DNA of 64,000 nucleotides. Origin: Patescibacteria group bacterium (GTDB lineage: Bacteria > Patescibacteriota > Microgenomatia > UBA8517). Shown here piece by piece: positions 16,777-27,494 of the stretch. The DNA is taken from contig JBBTWD010000002.1 in assembly GCA_038062915.1 (NCBI GenBank), positions 5,189 to 69,188 on the forward strand. Reading direction: 5' to 3'. The notes below the pieces were generated by a model. It saw nothing but the letters and a program-made list of their open reading frames with translations. It ran no database searches and was not told the origin of the DNA. A program made the position numbers and the translations under genes. Numbering within the stretch: position 1 is the stretch's first letter; each line of letters begins with the position of its first letter.

Positions 16777-18140
16777 AATTTTGCGTGAAGGTCGAGGATA
16801 ATGTATTTGTCGGTTTTAACTAATGTTTTAAATTTTTTGGCAAAGTTAACTGAATCTATACCTCCTATATCAAGAGAGACATAATAATCTGCACCTTTTT
16901 TAATAATATTTTCTATAGAATCATCAACGGCTGGCCAACCACGTCTTTTAGTTTGATATAAAAATGCCGTATCTCCGTTATATGGGATTATAATTTCAGC
17001 ATCTTTTGGTAATTTTTCATCAACTATCTTGCCCACTTCCATTAACTCTGGATGATTAATTTGATAAAAAGGCTTGATTCTATCCCATCCAATCAAAAAC
17101 ATCACCAAAATTGATGTTAACAATATTATTTTTGATCGTTTCCAAAGTGAAATTGATCCCAGGGCAAGGGTCATGGCAATCATTGGTATTATTAATATTT
17201 GGTAATAATCGTGTCGAACGTTGGCAGTTGCAACCACCGTCAGGTAGGTAATCGCACCAATTACAAAATATAAATTAAATTTATTCTTCAGTTTTATAGT
17301 AAGCCCAAAAACAAATGGAGCAACTCCCCCAGCGCCTAAAATCAAAATTCCAATTCGCTCTCCAAATAACCATCTGAAAAAGGCGGGGTGAAATCTAATT
17401 CTATCCCCATTAAAAGCCCATTTATAAAATGGGATACCTTCAGGAAATTGACTAATCCACAATCTCCAAAAAATAAAGGGGCTAAATACCAAAAAACCAA
17501 ATGCTAAATTTTTTTTGAAATTTTCTTTTTTTAATAATTCAGGTATCAGTGGAAATAAATATACAGCAAAAAATGGCTTTTGAAGAAAAGCTAGTCCAAA
17601 AAGCATTCCTGATAAGAACGTATTAATTCCGAAAAAATAAAGGCCAGAAATAGCAAAAAGTACCCCCAAAGGATCTGGTAAAACTACTCTGGTAAAATAA
17701 ATGTTAAAAGGCAAAAACATATAAAAAAAGGAGACAACTAACCCGACCTTAACTGAATAATGTTTTTTTCCTAATAAAAATAAAAAGAGACCTGTGATGG
17801 TTGATATAAATGCAGTCAATATCCTACCCCATTTTTCTAGACTGAATCTGCCAAACAAGTTAAAAAGGGACGCATGAACTGCGTTATAAATAGGGAGTTC
17901 TACCATCCGATATCCATTTGGGTTAAAAATACCCGTTTGTATACTTGATATATCGTCATATTTGGGACGCAACATATCAATTCCATTTTGAGCAAAGTTT
18001 CGTGACACAGAAGCGGTATCAGCCTGACGCCACGAATGCCAATCTGCAATTGGACTATCTACTTTGTAAAGTCTCACTAAAAAGCCCAAAATTATTATTA
18101 CTGATAATATTATATACTCAAGTCTAAATATTTTGTTCAT
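16773..18140 (-). CDS. Polytopic membrane protein, GT-C-like glycosyltransferase (ArnT/PMT-like)
   Basis: About 11 TM helices; charged first loop HSWRQADTASVSRNF; about 100-aa C-terminal soluble domain. Confidence 0.45.
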   Translation of the reverse strand: MNKIFRLEYIILSVIIILGFLVRLYKVDSPIADWHSWRQADTASVSRNFAQNGIDMLRPKYDDISSIQTGIFNPNGYRMVELPIYNAVHASLFNLFGRFSLEKWGRILTAFISTITGLFLFLLGKKHYSVKVGLVVSFFYMFLPFNIYFTRVVLPDPLGVLFAISGLYFFGINTFLSGMLFGLAFLQKPFFAVYLFPLIPELLKKENFKKNLAFGFLVFSPFIFWRLWISQFPEGIPFYKWAFNGDRIRFHPAFFRWLFGERIGILILGAGGVAPFVFGLTIKLKNKFNLYFVIGAITYLTVVATANVRHDYYQILIIPMIAMTLALGSISLWKRSKIILLTSILVMFLIGWDRIKPFYQINHPELMEVGKIVDEKLPKDAEIIIPYNGDTAFLYQTKRRGWPAVDDSIENIIKKGADYYVSLDIGGIDSVNFAKKFKTLVKTDKYIILDLHAKL

Positions 18141-19455
18141 TTAGTTTCTTTTGTATCAAATACACGGACATTCCTATCATAAGCCAAAAGGTTGTAACAA
18201 ATTTTGATGCCTCAAAGACATCAATAAATAACGCATTTAAAAGTGTTCCTAAAATTCCTCCCGCAGTTCCTGTTATAACAGCTTGTTCTATCTTTGAAAA
18301 ACTGCTAATCAAGGGTCTTATTCTAATAAAAAGATGGCCGACTCGTACGATTATTAAAACAAAAGCTGAAAAACCCAATATTCCCACCTCTCCCAAAAGT
18401 CTTAAATAATCATTGTCTGTTGCTAGACTTATAGAAGAATACCCGGTTCCTAGAAGCGGATTTTTCAAAAATGCTCGAATTGCCCTTGGCCACTCTGCAT
18501 TAAGTCTTATTGAGGTTGATCTATCTTCAATGACTGGCGGTTTTTGTGTAGACACCAATAGCTCTTGAGCCTTAACCGTTGGGGTTAAGTAAGAAAAAAT
18601 ATTTCTTAAATTTGAATATCGTCCTAAAAGATTCATGCTCGACCCAAACAAAATAATACTTAAAATAAACACGAAAATGATTTCTTTGTATTTTTTGATA
18701 AAAAAAAGGGCAAATGCGGTTGATAAAAAATAGGATAGAATTGAAATTCTAGATAGTGTTCCAGCTAAAAGCCACAATCCCATTATAACCACAGAACCTA
18801 ATATAATTTTTTGAGTTTTTCCCCCAAGAGTAAAAAAAAGGACTACAAAAGTAGGCAGGATTAACACTAAATAGCTCGCCAAATCATAATGTCCTGCAAA
18901 TGTTGAGCTTAAATGGCTACCAGAAGTCCATTTTAATGCTACACCTTTTGAATATTCTTGATCTTGTGTAATTATAACTGGCCAACCAAAATATCTTTGC
19001 CCGAATCCATAGATAAATGCAACAATAATAACAATTATTAATGACTTAAACAAAAATGACAAAGTATTTTTATAATTTTTATCATCTCTAAAAATTAAGT
19101 AACCCAAGAAGAATGGGATAAAATACTCAATTCTTCGTATAAAATGTAAAAGACTAATGTGGAGCGTTACAGTTCCTGTAACTAAGTTGGCCGAAAGAAG
19201 AGAGATAAAACCAACTGCAAGAAATAAAAATATCGAGTTTACTATATTATTTTTAAAATGAATTTTTAAGTTTGAGACAAATTTAATAAATACATAAATA
19301 GCCACAAGAACAATCAAAAAGTCCTCGACCCTGACAGAAACATATGTCCCAGGGATATGAATAAAGGGAAACTTTGGATAAAGCGGGATAATAATAATTA
19401 AAGCCGCACCTAAATATTTAACAATTTTGTCAAGCAATCCTAAAAGCTTTTGCAT
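18124..19455 (-). CDS. O-antigen ligase/polymerase-like (Wzy_C/WaaL family) membrane protein
   Basis: Multi-TM protein; LNAEWPRAIRAFLKNPLLGTGYSS...DNDYLRLLGEVGILGF resembles the Wzy_C signature. Confidence 0.55.
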   Translation of the reverse strand: MQKLLGLLDKIVKYLGAALIIIIPLYPKFPFIHIPGTYVSVRVEDFLIVLVAIYVFIKFVSNLKIHFKNNIVNSIFLFLAVGFISLLSANLVTGTVTLHISLLHFIRRIEYFIPFFLGYLIFRDDKNYKNTLSFLFKSLIIVIIVAFIYGFGQRYFGWPVIITQDQEYSKGVALKWTSGSHLSSTFAGHYDLASYLVLILPTFVVLFFTLGGKTQKIILGSVVIMGLWLLAGTLSRISILSYFLSTAFALFFIKKYKEIIFVFILSIILFGSSMNLLGRYSNLRNIFSYLTPTVKAQELLVSTQKPPVIEDRSTSIRLNAEWPRAIRAFLKNPLLGTGYSSISLATDNDYLRLLGEVGILGFSAFVLIIVRVGHLFIRIRPLISSFSKIEQAVITGTAGGILGTLLNALFIDVFEASKFVTTFWLMIGMSVYLIQKKLNEQNI

Positions 19456-20371
19456 AAATTTTTACCGAATCCAACCCCTCGAGAATACCAAAAAGAATAA
19501 TTCTACCCAGTGCTCCCACCTTAAGAAACATTCTCAAAACCGGATATTGCCAACGTGGATAATGTTTGGAATAAAATTTTTTAACTCCTTCGTACTCCTT
19601 AAGTAGGGCAAATTCGCTGGTTTTAGAACTTGCACCTCCCAAATGTGTAATCTTCCATTTAGGTAAATACCAAACCTCATATCCAAGATTTTTTATTCTA
19701 AAACATAAATCGACCTCTTCAACATACATAAAAAAAGTCTCATCCCATCCATTAGTTTGCTTTAAAATTTCTTTTCGAGTTAAAAGATAGGCTCCAGTTA
19801 CCCAATCAAGTTGTTTTTTGGATCCGTAAAAATCAGTCCCTTTTGAAAAAAATGATTTTGAATGAAGTGGGTGGAATGGCTTAATCAGTTTATCCACAAA
19901 TGGAAAGTCTTGAATTATCATCCAAGAAAAAACTCGTAGTAAAGTCGGAAAATATCCACCTGTAGCTTGAAGACTACCATCTTTATTTTTTAACCCACTG
20001 CTTGATACCCCAACCTTTGGGTTTTTCTTCATATGGTCAACCATCTCACCCAAAACATTATCGTGTATCAAGGTATCTGAATTTAAAAACAAGATGTATT
20101 CCCCACTGGAATTTTTGGTACCAATATTATTACCTGTAGCAAAACCTAAATTTTTTGAATTTCTAATTACTTTCGCTCCCAAACTCATAGATATTTTTAC
20201 AGAATCATCGGCTGATGCATTATCAACAACTATAATTTCATAAGTTACACCCTTTGTGTATTTTTTAACTGATTTAATACAAGAAGCTAAAATGCTACTT
20301 GTATTAAAGCTTACAATTACAATTGAGAGATCCATTATATCCAAAGTTTCCTTTTTGATGTTTTTACCCAT
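19430..20371 (-). CDS. GT2 family glycosyltransferase
   Basis: LSIVIVSFNTSSIL...IIVVDNASADDS...LFLNSDT. Confidence 0.85.
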   Translation of the reverse strand: MGKNIKKETLDIMDLSIVIVSFNTSSILASCIKSVKKYTKGVTYEIIVVDNASADDSVKISMSLGAKVIRNSKNLGFATGNNIGTKNSSGEYILFLNSDTLIHDNVLGEMVDHMKKNPKVGVSSSGLKNKDGSLQATGGYFPTLLRVFSWMIIQDFPFVDKLIKPFHPLHSKSFFSKGTDFYGSKKQLDWVTGAYLLTRKEILKQTNGWDETFFMYVEEVDLCFRIKNLGYEVWYLPKWKITHLGGASSKTSEFALLKEYEGVKKFYSKHYPRWQYPVLRMFLKVGALGRIILFGILEGLDSVKIYAKAFRIA

Positions 20372-20847
20372 TCATTAATCAAAACCCACATAACAAACAT
20401 TGTGGCAATGCCAATAAAAATCCTGATAAAAATATTAGACCCAACATATTTAATTATGGTTTTTTGCTTGTAACCAACGCCGTTTGCTGTCAGGATTTCT
20501 TTGTCAGGTGTAGGTTCATAACCGTTAATATATAAAGATTCACGCATAGGGTGGACTATTTCTTCTAAAAACGAGCTACTTGTTTGGTCACGGACTAAAG
20601 TTTTTGCCATCTCTGGAGGATAATTAAGGCGTACCCCCCATTTAAACTCTTTAGAATAATGGCTTATAAGCTGGTCACGTGTCACATTTGTATAATAGCC
20701 ACGCCTTAATGGAGTTTCTCTGTCTGCCGGTTGATCCGACGGCATAAAATCCCATAATGCTGTAGGGAACTTGGGTTCTGGGAGTGATAAATAAATCAAA
20801 AAAAGTAGGCTAAATACTATATACAATATACTAAATACATTCTTCAT
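20335..20847 (-). CDS. Hypothetical membrane protein (TM helices at N- and C-termini)
   Basis: ORF with hydrophobic termini; no family recognised. Confidence 0.4.
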   Translation of the reverse strand: MKNVFSILYIVFSLLFLIYLSLPEPKFPTALWDFMPSDQPADRETPLRRGYYTNVTRDQLISHYSKEFKWGVRLNYPPEMAKTLVRDQTSSSFLEEIVHPMRESLYINGYEPTPDKEILTANGVGYKQKTIIKYVGSNIFIRIFIGIATMFVMWVLINEWVKTSKRKLWI

Positions 20848-21401
20848 TGGAATAATCTAGCCCTGCCTAGTTTATATTGAGGATTTTTGTTTGTGCGCTC
20901 ACCAATAATTTTTGCTGGAACCCCTCCGACTATTGCAAAATCGGCAACATCTTTGGTTACAACCGCCCCAGCCGCAATAATTGCCCCGCGGCCAATTTTA
21001 ACCCCAGGCAAAATTGTTACCCTGGGACCTATAAAAACGAAGTCCCCTATTTCGACACTTCCATAGCTAGCAGAAAAATTATCACTGTTAACGTCATGTT
21101 CAGAGTTATAAATCATCACACTTGAAGCTATGTCAACATGACTACCTATGGTGAGTTTTTCTCTACCGTCCAAAAATGCATGGTCACCAATAATAGTATC
21201 TTCGCCTATTTCAATGTTTTCCGGTTGAAAAAAATTAGCCCACATATGAATAGTTGAGCCTTTTCCTATTTTCATCCCAAAAAATCTGTATTTAAATTTG
21301 CGGATGGTATGTGACGGAATATGTCCTACCCATCTTAAATACATAAGCTCTGTGTCAAGCCAATAATTGTATAGACGGTTAATTATTTTTTGTATTAACA
21401 T
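20844..21401 (-). CDS. Hexapeptide-repeat (LbH) sugar O-acetyltransferase
   Basis: IGDHAFLDG...IGSHVDIASSVMIYNSEHD...IGDFVFIGPRVTILPGVKIGRGAIIAAGAVV. Confidence 0.8.
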   Translation of the reverse strand: MLIQKIINRLYNYWLDTELMYLRWVGHIPSHTIRKFKYRFFGMKIGKGSTIHMWANFFQPENIEIGEDTIIGDHAFLDGREKLTIGSHVDIASSVMIYNSEHDVNSDNFSASYGSVEIGDFVFIGPRVTILPGVKIGRGAIIAAGAVVTKDVADFAIVGGVPAKIIGERTNKNPQYKLGRARLFQ

Positions 21402-22518
21402 TTTTTAAAATATCTAATGTTTGCCTTGCCGTCTTCTCCCAAGAAAACTCTCTGGCCTGCAATACTCCAGCAGCAGATATACCATTATACTTTTTTTTAT
21501 CGGCCGAGAGAACTTCTATTAAACCTTTACCAATACTATCAATACTATTAGGGTCAACTAAAATTCCGGCATTGCCAACCACTTCGGGAAGCGAACCAAC
21601 ATTTGAGACAACTACAGGTACCCCACAAGCCATAGCATATAAGGCATCAAGACCAAACCCTTCCCAAAATGACGGAAGGACAAAAACTTTAGCACCAGCA
21701 ATAAGTGCCGGTTTATCTTTTTCTGGAATAAAGCCTGTTTGTACGGTCCAGGGCCATAAGCCCAATTTTTTGACCTTTGCATAAATTGAATCATAAAGCC
21801 AACCCTTTTTTCCAGCTATTACTAGCCTCAAAGTCGGATAGTTGACCCTAATCTTATCGAATGTATCTATAAGGCCTTCGACATTCTTGCTTGGCTTGAG
21901 TGTGCCCAAATATAAGATATAGTCATCAACTATGGAGTACTTATTTCTAATACGTCGCACATCTTCATCCGAAATATTACTATTAAATCTTTTTGAATCA
22001 TATCCTAGATATGTAACGTAAACTTTCTGTTTGGAGAATGGATAGTGTCGTACAATGTCACTTTTTGTGCTATTTGATATCGTAATAATTCTTTTTGACG
22101 CTAAAATTGAGACAGCACTCCACCATTTCAACTGCCAAAACACTTTTTTCTCAAATTGTTCCGTATATTTGAGGTATCCGAGATCCATAATTGCGCAAAC
22201 TCTAGGCATCGGTGTTATGATCGGCGTATAGTGGCTTGGTGAGAATAAAATGTCTATCTTATCTGGATTTTTAAATAGATATGGCATTAAGTTTTTGATA
22301 ATCCAAAAGTTACTTCCATGAATAATTTTATATTTGAATTTTTGCGTTTCTTTCGGAAGATCAGATAGAGGTTTATCTTTAAGATATACTATAAGACAAT
22401 CTTGGCACTCACCCTTTTCCTGTAGTTTCCTAAGATTACGGATAATTTGAAAGGCATATTCATTTACCCCCACACGCCCCTTAACATTAGCCTCATTTCC
22501 ATCAATTCCAATAACCAT
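21379..22518 (-). CDS. GT4 family glycosyltransferase
   Basis: Glycos_transf_1 C-domain with EGFGLDALYAMACGVPVVVSNVGSLPEV. Confidence 0.85.
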   Translation of the reverse strand: MVIGIDGNEANVKGRVGVNEYAFQIIRNLRKLQEKGECQDCLIVYLKDKPLSDLPKETQKFKYKIIHGSNFWIIKNLMPYLFKNPDKIDILFSPSHYTPIITPMPRVCAIMDLGYLKYTEQFEKKVFWQLKWWSAVSILASKRIITISNSTKSDIVRHYPFSKQKVYVTYLGYDSKRFNSNISDEDVRRIRNKYSIVDDYILYLGTLKPSKNVEGLIDTFDKIRVNYPTLRLVIAGKKGWLYDSIYAKVKKLGLWPWTVQTGFIPEKDKPALIAGAKVFVLPSFWEGFGLDALYAMACGVPVVVSNVGSLPEVVGNAGILVDPNSIDSIGKGLIEVLSADKKKYNGISAAGVLQAREFSWEKTARQTLDILKNVNTKNN

Positions 22519-22570
22519 GATCTGATTATATCTCGTTGACAGGTTATCTGAAACAAGAATATTATGTATT

Positions 22571-22804
22571 ATGAATAAGAAGGATAAACAAGATTTCTAT
22601 GATCTTTTCGGAGAAAGTTTTAGAGAGGTAGTTCTTCCTGAACTAGAAAAAATTGATAATAGATTAGATGTGATTGAAAGTGACTTAAAGGGTGTAAAAA
22701 TGACCACTGAATCACTCGATCGGAAATCTGAAGCCCAACAAACAAGGCTTGATAGACACGGAAAAAACATCGAAACCCTCAAACACAAATTCGTCACTGC
22801 TTAG
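22571..22804 (+). CDS. Small hypothetical coiled-coil protein
   Basis: 77-aa ORF filling the only gap between two minus-strand GT4 genes; charged and helical; weak support. Confidence 0.3.
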   Translation: MNKKDKQDFYDLFGESFREVVLPELEKIDNRLDVIESDLKGVKMTTESLDRKSEAQQTRLDRHGKNIETLKHKFVTA

Positions 22805-23852
22805 CTTCATTATATACATCCAGAGTCATTTTTGCAGTTTTAGTCCAGGAGAAGTCTTTGACACGAGCAAGACCTTTTTTGATAAGGCCCTTGGGGCCAC
22901 GAAGTGCTTTCTCGATCCCGTCTGCAATTGAATTTATATTATATGGATCAACTAAGATTGCCGCATCTCCTGATACTTCAGGCATGGAAGAAAGGTTGGA
23001 AGTAACCACAGGTACACAGCAATTAAAAGCATCAAGTATTGGAATCCCAAAGCCTTCATAAAGTGAAGGAAATACTAAAACTTGAGATCCTGTTAGTAGG
23101 GCAGATAAATCATTATTTTCAATATGACCCAAAAATCTAACTCCCCGCTCATCTTGAAAACTCGTTCCTTTTTTTTCACCAATAATTATTAATTTTAAAT
23201 TTTTTCCGAATTTTGAAAGATGGTAAGCCTCAATTATTCTTTGTGTATTTTTCCAGGGCTTGGTTCCAATCGAAATTATGTAGTCCTCACGAATTCCATA
23301 TTTTGTTTTTATTCTAACTACATCATCACTTGAAGCTTTTATTAGGTTGGGAGCTTCTGGAATAACTCTTATTATATGTTCAGAAAAACCTAAATCAATC
23401 AAATCGTTTTTAGTACTCTCGCTGGGAACGATTATCTTTTTGGATTCTTTAGCTACCCACTCAAGTCTTTTTTTATGAGTAGATATAATAATAGATGGTG
23501 TAAGCTTTGGGAATTTAATGGGGATAATGTCATGAACTGTTGTAACTTTGATAGCACTAGAGGGTGGCTCAGCCCAATCAGAAGTGTGAACTATATCAAC
23601 TCTTCCTATTAACCTTTCAATGGGTAGAATGTGTAATTTGTTCCAAACAATATCTGCTAGAATTGGGGGGATTGGAAAAATTTTTGTTTGAGGAAAAAAA
23701 TTCAAAACATCACGTTTTCTCCTTAATGATCCAGCATAAAGTACGTATTCGTTTTTACCGTCAATTTGAAGCAAACTCTTAACAAGGTTTTCTCGGTAAT
23801 GAGAAACACCTGTTCCATAAACAATCTGACTAATATCAATCGCAATAATCAT
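22794..23852 (-). CDS. GT4 family glycosyltransferase
   Basis: EGFGIPILDAFNCCVPVVTSNLSSMPEV. Confidence 0.85.
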   Translation of the reverse strand: MIIAIDISQIVYGTGVSHYRENLVKSLLQIDGKNEYVLYAGSLRRKRDVLNFFPQTKIFPIPPILADIVWNKLHILPIERLIGRVDIVHTSDWAEPPSSAIKVTTVHDIIPIKFPKLTPSIIISTHKKRLEWVAKESKKIIVPSESTKNDLIDLGFSEHIIRVIPEAPNLIKASSDDVVRIKTKYGIREDYIISIGTKPWKNTQRIIEAYHLSKFGKNLKLIIIGEKKGTSFQDERGVRFLGHIENNDLSALLTGSQVLVFPSLYEGFGIPILDAFNCCVPVVTSNLSSMPEVSGDAAILVDPYNINSIADGIEKALRGPKGLIKKGLARVKDFSWTKTAKMTLDVYNEAKQ

Positions 23853-25210
23853 TTAACTACCATAATTTCTATATTTTCAATTCTTTCTACTGTTTTATAT
23901 TTATCTTCAATATATTTATTAATTTTTGGCATAAAGGAAATAAGTTTGTGACCCTCCACTTCTGATGTTAAATCTCTAATAACTACTCTGGGAGAGTCAC
24001 TAATTACAGCCTCGAGTATTCTATCCTCCACCTCAATCATAAACCAAGGGAACTGAAAAACAAAGATATTACCTGGTGGGAGCCTGTCTGCCAATTGATA
24101 AATATGCGGAAGGGTTCCCAAAGCAAATATCTTTTCATCAGCAGATGATAATCTTTGAATTTCAGCTACAACTTTATTTTCTGAACTACCAAAAAATAAA
24201 ACTCTATCTCCCATATTTCCCCTATAGAATTGAGTTAAAAGAAATATTGAAGTTAAAGCATAAACAGCTATCAACATTTTCAAGTACTTCTTTTTGATAA
24301 GCCGATTAATTGAAATAGCACTCAAAAGTGCAACAAATGGCAAGCTTGGCTGAAGATGAATAAAATCAAATCTTGCATAAATAGAAGCCATGGACCCCAT
24401 TAAAAATATACCAATCAAAATTACATCATTCCTATACTTACCGCTAAAGAGAGAAAAAATGGCAAATCCATAGACTCCAATCACGCGAACCCACTGGCTA
24501 AAAATTCCAAACTTCCTACCCATCTCGGCAAATGTAGTTAGATTAAATGTAATTGTCCAAAATATAAAGTCTTTCCAAACCCCCAAGTTAGTTATATATA
24601 AAGACAAAAAAGTCACAGGTAAAATCACCCCAAACCCAAAAATAACTAACGACCTAAACTTTTTCTCTTTAAATAAAATGTAAATTCCAACTAAAACAAT
24701 TAGAGGCAATATTATTTGTTTAAATAAAAGTGCTAACCCTAAGAAAAATCCTGACCAAAAAACCCTCTTTACTTTAAAGAGGTAAAGCGAAGTAAGTGTA
24801 AAAATAGGTAAAAAGGAATCAATCCAGAGTACCCAGCCTTCAAAATATGGTTGCCAGGTCAGGAAAAAGAGATTGGGGATAAATAACCAGCTTTGCTGTA
24901 AAGATTTGAGATTGGATTTAAAAATTTGTTTTCCGACTAGAAATAAAAGGATGTGGATAATGGCTACAGTTCCATACTGCCAAAGTCTTGCAGATCCCGG
25001 CGTATTCATTCCTAGGCTACCCAAATTAATAGGGAAAAACATAAGCCCCTGGAAATGCTGATCTAATATATCCCTATAGGGAACAAGGCCATGGTTGGTT
25101 AAATAGGGATAAACAAAAAGCTCAGGATAAGGAAGAAAATTAAGTTTACTTAAAATTAAAACATTAGCCAAAATTATTAATATTAAAAAAATCATATTTG
25201 CCTCTCCCAC
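23849..25210 (-). CDS. Polytopic membrane protein, putative GT-C-like glycosyltransferase
   Basis: About 11 TM helices plus an approximately 120-aa C-terminal soluble domain. Confidence 0.4.
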   Translation of the reverse strand: MGEANMIFLILIILANVLILSKLNFLPYPELFVYPYLTNHGLVPYRDILDQHFQGLMFFPINLGSLGMNTPGSARLWQYGTVAIIHILLFLVGKQIFKSNLKSLQQSWLFIPNLFFLTWQPYFEGWVLWIDSFLPIFTLTSLYLFKVKRVFWSGFFLGLALLFKQIILPLIVLVGIYILFKEKKFRSLVIFGFGVILPVTFLSLYITNLGVWKDFIFWTITFNLTTFAEMGRKFGIFSQWVRVIGVYGFAIFSLFSGKYRNDVILIGIFLMGSMASIYARFDFIHLQPSLPFVALLSAISINRLIKKKYLKMLIAVYALTSIFLLTQFYRGNMGDRVLFFGSSENKVVAEIQRLSSADEKIFALGTLPHIYQLADRLPPGNIFVFQFPWFMIEVEDRILEAVISDSPRVVIRDLTSEVEGHKLISFMPKINKYIEDKYKTVERIENIEIMVVK

Positions 25211-25893
25211 TTTTTAACCCAGATTTCGAGATAATAAATAGCCATAAGATATGAAAGTACAAAACCTCTCCAACCATCAAGAAATCCAAGCCTATAGAAA
25301 TATCTAACCAAAAAATGGTAAATAGGGTTTTCGTTTTTTGTTTCCAAGCTTGAATATTTATTCATCATTGTTAAAAATTCTGAAACAGTATCGTATTGGT
25401 AATGAATTTTGGGATTTTTTAATTTTCCTATCTTTCCACGAACCTCAAGCTCTTCATGAACTTCCCCCACCCATTTCCCCATTCCTTTTTTCCAAAGCCA
25501 AACATGTCTATCTAATTCCGGTTGCCAACGAGTATATTTAATAAATTTCCCAAAAATAATATTTTTCCTAGGTATAGAATATGCGCTATATATAGTACTT
25601 TTAGTGACTTCCTCTATCTCGGGTGCAAGTTCCTGCGTTATTTCTTCATCACCGTCTATTGATAAAATCCAATCTCCACCGGTTTTTTCTAAGGCAAAAT
25701 TTTTCTGATTGGCATAATTATCGAACTTTCGAAAAAAAACTCGCGCGCCAAATTTTTTAGCGATTTTAACAGTTTCATCAGTGCTTCCCGAGTCAATCAC
25801 TATAATTTCATCTGCAATATTTTTTACAGATTCTAAACATTTAGTTAAGTTTTTTTCTTCGTTTAAGGTAATTATTGTAACTGAGAGTTTCAT
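25192..25893 (-). CDS. GT2 family glycosyltransferase (WaaE/KdtX-like)
   Basis: LSVTIITLNEEKNLTKCLESV...IIVIDSGSTDET...SIDGDEE. Confidence 0.8.
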   Translation of the reverse strand: MKLSVTIITLNEEKNLTKCLESVKNIADEIIVIDSGSTDETVKIAKKFGARVFFRKFDNYANQKNFALEKTGGDWILSIDGDEEITQELAPEIEEVTKSTIYSAYSIPRKNIIFGKFIKYTRWQPELDRHVWLWKKGMGKWVGEVHEELEVRGKIGKLKNPKIHYQYDTVSEFLTMMNKYSSLETKNENPIYHFLVRYFYRLGFLDGWRGFVLSYLMAIYYLEIWVKKWERQI

Positions 25894-26774
25894 ATTAAGC
25901 TTTTAAATAATTCCTCATATTTTATTCTAATTTTATCCCAAGAAAAATTTTCTGCCTGACCTCTTGGCTTGTCACTCCAATTAATTTTCAAAGCTTTTCT
26001 AATAGCTTCCGAAAGTTCTTTTGGATTTTTCGGACTATCGACAAAGATTCCGGCATCTGCCACTATCTCGCGCCGGATTGGATCGTCAGTTGTAACCACA
26101 GGAAGATTGGATGCCATTGCTTCCAGAAATACCAAACCAAACGCTTCCCAGGGATGTGGCACAAAACAAAACACATCTGCCTTTTTATAAATTTCAGGCA
26201 TTTTATTAAATGAGGTTTCAATTGGATTTCCTTTCCCAACAGCTAGAAATTCGGCATCTGGGATGAATTCAACAGCCTCTTTGACTAGTTCAATTCGTTT
26301 ACTTGGAGTGTTTGCTCCAACAAAAAGAATTATATTTTTACCACCCGAAAGGGGGGAACGCTTTGGTTTTGTCTTAGCTGGTGTAAACCTCTTAATGTCC
26401 ACCGCATGTGGAATCATAACTACTTTTGTCCAAGGTAATTTGAATTTTTCAGCCCACTGTTTTTGATATGTCGAAAATGCGACAAAAACATCAGGGGAAC
26501 ATAATAAATTCCATTTGTCATCAGCTCCAAGACCCGAATGACCAAAAACCACCATCGGCTTACCTTTAACCCATGTTACTAAACGACATAGAAAGACCTG
26601 CCAGTGGCCATTAGTTGGAATAACTACATCAAAATTAGTCCAGTATTTTAATGAGTCCCAAAATTTAGTAAATATCTCTACTTCACTATTCAAATTATTT
26701 TTTACTTCTTCCGCCCAGGTTTCAGCTCCCCTGTTATTAATTCCACTATAAAAACTTAGAATTGCTATTTTCAT
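25890..26774 (-). CDS. GT4 family glycosyltransferase (compact)
   Basis: FVPHPWEAFGLVFLEAMASNLPVVTTDD. Confidence 0.75.
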   Translation of the reverse strand: MKIAILSFYSGINNRGAETWAEEVKNNLNSEVEIFTKFWDSLKYWTNFDVVIPTNGHWQVFLCRLVTWVKGKPMVVFGHSGLGADDKWNLLCSPDVFVAFSTYQKQWAEKFKLPWTKVVMIPHAVDIKRFTPAKTKPKRSPLSGGKNIILFVGANTPSKRIELVKEAVEFIPDAEFLAVGKGNPIETSFNKMPEIYKKADVFCFVPHPWEAFGLVFLEAMASNLPVVTTDDPIRREIVADAGIFVDSPKNPKELSEAIRKALKINWSDKPRGQAENFSWDKIRIKYEELFKSLI

Positions 26775-26801
26775 GATATTCTAACAAGCTCTGCTTATAT
26801 A

Positions 26802-27494
26802 TCAGTTAATAAATCTATATTTAATTAAAGTCCAGATGGCTTTAAAACCATCTTTCCATGTTATCTTCTTCCCCTCATCATAACCCCTGGGGTTTACTTT
26901 TATGGGAACTTCATAAATTTTATATCCGGCTTTTAAAATTTTTGCTGTGATTTCTGGTTCAAATTCAAATCTATTTGATTCTAACTTAATATTTTTTAGA
27001 ACATCTTTCCTAAAGACCTTATAACCTGTTTCCATATCTGTTAGATTATTGCTGTATAAAATTCTTGTTGCGAAACTTAATAGTTTATTTCCAAAATAAT
27101 GTGTCAAGAATGGCGTATGTTTCTTTCCAAAAATTTTAACAGGGTAATTTTTAAGTCTCGTTCCATAAACTATACTAGCTTCGCCGTTTAAAATTGGTTG
27201 AAGGAGCTTGAGGTAGTCATTTGGATCATATTCCAGATCAGCATCCTGAATGAGAATTATTTCTCCAACGGATTTCTTAATACCAGTTCTAACCGCTGCC
27301 CCCTTACCCAAGTTAACGTTGTGGCGCAAAAGCTTAATTCCCGATAGCTTACTTAAAATTTCAAAGCTATTATCACTTGATGCATCATCAATAACAACAA
27401 TTTCCTTTTGAATCTTTATTTTTTTAACTCTTCGGATAATTTCCTTTATGGTTGCTTCTTCGTTAAAAACGGGGATAACAATTGTTAATATCAC
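26802..27494 (-). CDS. GT2 polyprenyl-phosphate hexose synthase (Dpm1/GtrB/ArnC-like)
   Basis: LTIVIPVFNEEATIKEIIRRV...IVVIDDASSDNS...LIQDADLEYDP. Confidence 0.8.
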   Translation of the reverse strand: MILTIVIPVFNEEATIKEIIRRVKKIKIQKEIVVIDDASSDNSFEILSKLSGIKLLRHNVNLGKGAAVRTGIKKSVGEIILIQDADLEYDPNDYLKLLQPILNGEASIVYGTRLKNYPVKIFGKKHTPFLTHYFGNKLLSFATRILYSNNLTDMETGYKVFRKDVLKNIKLESNRFEFEPEITAKILKAGYKIYEVPIKVNPRGYDEGKKITWKDGFKAIWTLIKYRFIN

